A model generated the notes under the pieces. The model was not told the origin of the DNA. It was given only the letters and a program-made list of their open reading frames with translations, and did no database searches. The position numbers and the translations under genes are program-made. Of a stretch of DNA of 64,000 bases, positions 63,675-64,000 are shown piece after piece. The stretch's first letter is position 1; each line of letters starts with the position of its first letter. The stretch comes from Candidatus Magasanikiibacteriota bacterium. Its GTDB lineage: Bacteria > Patescibacteriota > Patescibacteriia > Magasanikbacterales > UBA922. The stretch spans positions 12,135 through 76,134 of the forward strand of contig DOMK01000013.1 of NCBI GenBank assembly GCA_003510435.1, read 5' to 3'.

Positions 63675-63708
63675 TTTTATTCCTTATTCTTTATTCCTTA
63701 TTCCTTTT

Positions 63709-63927
63709 TTACACCGGTTCCTCATAAAACACCGGCTCTTCATTTTCTCCCAAAGGTTCTTCTAGCCAATCAGCTGTGTTTTCTTCAGTTTTTTTATAAG
63801 GAATATTTTGTGGTCCAGTAATACTCTCTTCACCAATGTCATTATAATTAAAATCAAAATCTGGTATGTCCTCTACTTTAATTTCATCAGCATCTTTTTT
63901 TGAAAAAAATTCACTTGGTATCTCCAC
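63709..63927 (-). CDS. acidic hypothetical protein, likely N-terminally truncated by the window edge
   Basis: D/E-rich. The open frame continues to the end of the window. Confidence 0.3.
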   Translation of the reverse strand: MEIPSEFFSKKDADEIKVEDIPDFDFNYNDIGEESITGPQNIPYKKTEENTADWLEEPLGENEEPVFYEEPV

Positions 63928-64000
63928 ACCCTCATCGTCTTCATCTTCATTATCAAAATCAAAAGAATCATCTTCATCATCTAACCAATTTGGTGTATTG

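Noticed and set aside
1-64000. CRISPR array or cas genes
   Set aside because: No regularly spaced direct repeats of 24-48 bp with unique spacers were seen. The tandem repeats present are short-word reiterations (7-10 nt), and no cas-like ORFs exist.
1-64000. Alternative genetic code (UGA as Gly/Trp, as in some CPR lineages)
   Set aside because: Well-conserved genes terminate at TGA (clpC ends with the TGA of an ATGA overlap). No conserved domain is interrupted by in-frame TGA.

Overview
This is a 64-kb bacterial chromosomal segment that looks AT-rich, about one-third GC by eye (not computed). It is gene-dense and almost entirely housekeeping. The standard genetic code applies: TGA is used as a stop, for example in the ATGA overlap between clpC and the next gene.

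Gene content on the plus strand runs clpC, a small cluster of secreted or membrane proteins, an LCP-family gene, der, a GxxExxY-type gene, pth, dprA, a putative ECF S-component with a folC-like gene, topA, a RelA/SpoT-family gene and a metallophosphoesterase. On the minus strand it runs phosphomannomutase, recG, parB-parA, a DHH phosphoesterase, a D-Ala-D-Ala carboxypeptidase, scpB-scpA, a putative zinc protease, aspS, rsmB-like, asnS, glnA, recO, a SemiSWEET-like gene, mntH, an MgtE-N/CBS protein, ruvX, map, adk and secY. The minus strand then carries a long ribosomal-protein cluster, in transcription order rpsJ, rplC, rplD, rplW, rplB, rpsS, rplV, rpsC, rplP, rpmC, rpsQ, rplN, rplX, rplE, rpsZ, rpsH, rplF, rplR, rpsE, rplO, followed by secY, adk and map. 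The cluster is preceded by tuf.

There are four tRNAs (Arg, Val, Leu, Asn). I found no rRNA, no CRISPR array and no recognisable transposase or integrase.

The ribosomal cluster has no L30 gene between rpsE and rplO. Several r-proteins carry Lys/Glu-rich tails. Together these point to a Patescibacteria/CPR-like organism; that is an inference, not a search result.

Five things are not explained by ordinary annotation:
1. Four short, visibly GC-rich mini-cassettes sit in spacers of the AT-rich backbone. Each has a promoter, a Shine-Dalgarno site, a small ORF and a terminator; two of the ORFs encode roughly 56-62 aa double-transmembrane peptides.
2. Several families of short structured repeats (MITE/REP/RPE-like) occupy intergenic spacers. 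One 36-bp element is inserted in the same reading frame in two unrelated genes. A ~75-110 bp element family sits in normally tiny spacers inside the r-protein operon.
3. recG carries an in-frame ~165-aa insertion of a PD-(D/E)XK (GxxExxY-type) nuclease-like domain. A stand-alone paralogue of that domain is bracketed by inverted repeats.
4. Two pseudo-tRNA fragments lie upstream of intact tRNA genes, and a structured leader lies 5' of tRNA-Val.
5. clpC is translationally coupled to a cluster of secreted or membrane proteins of unknown function.

Coordinates of features that are not in the ORF table were derived by hand-counting from ORF anchors. They can be off by a few nucleotides.
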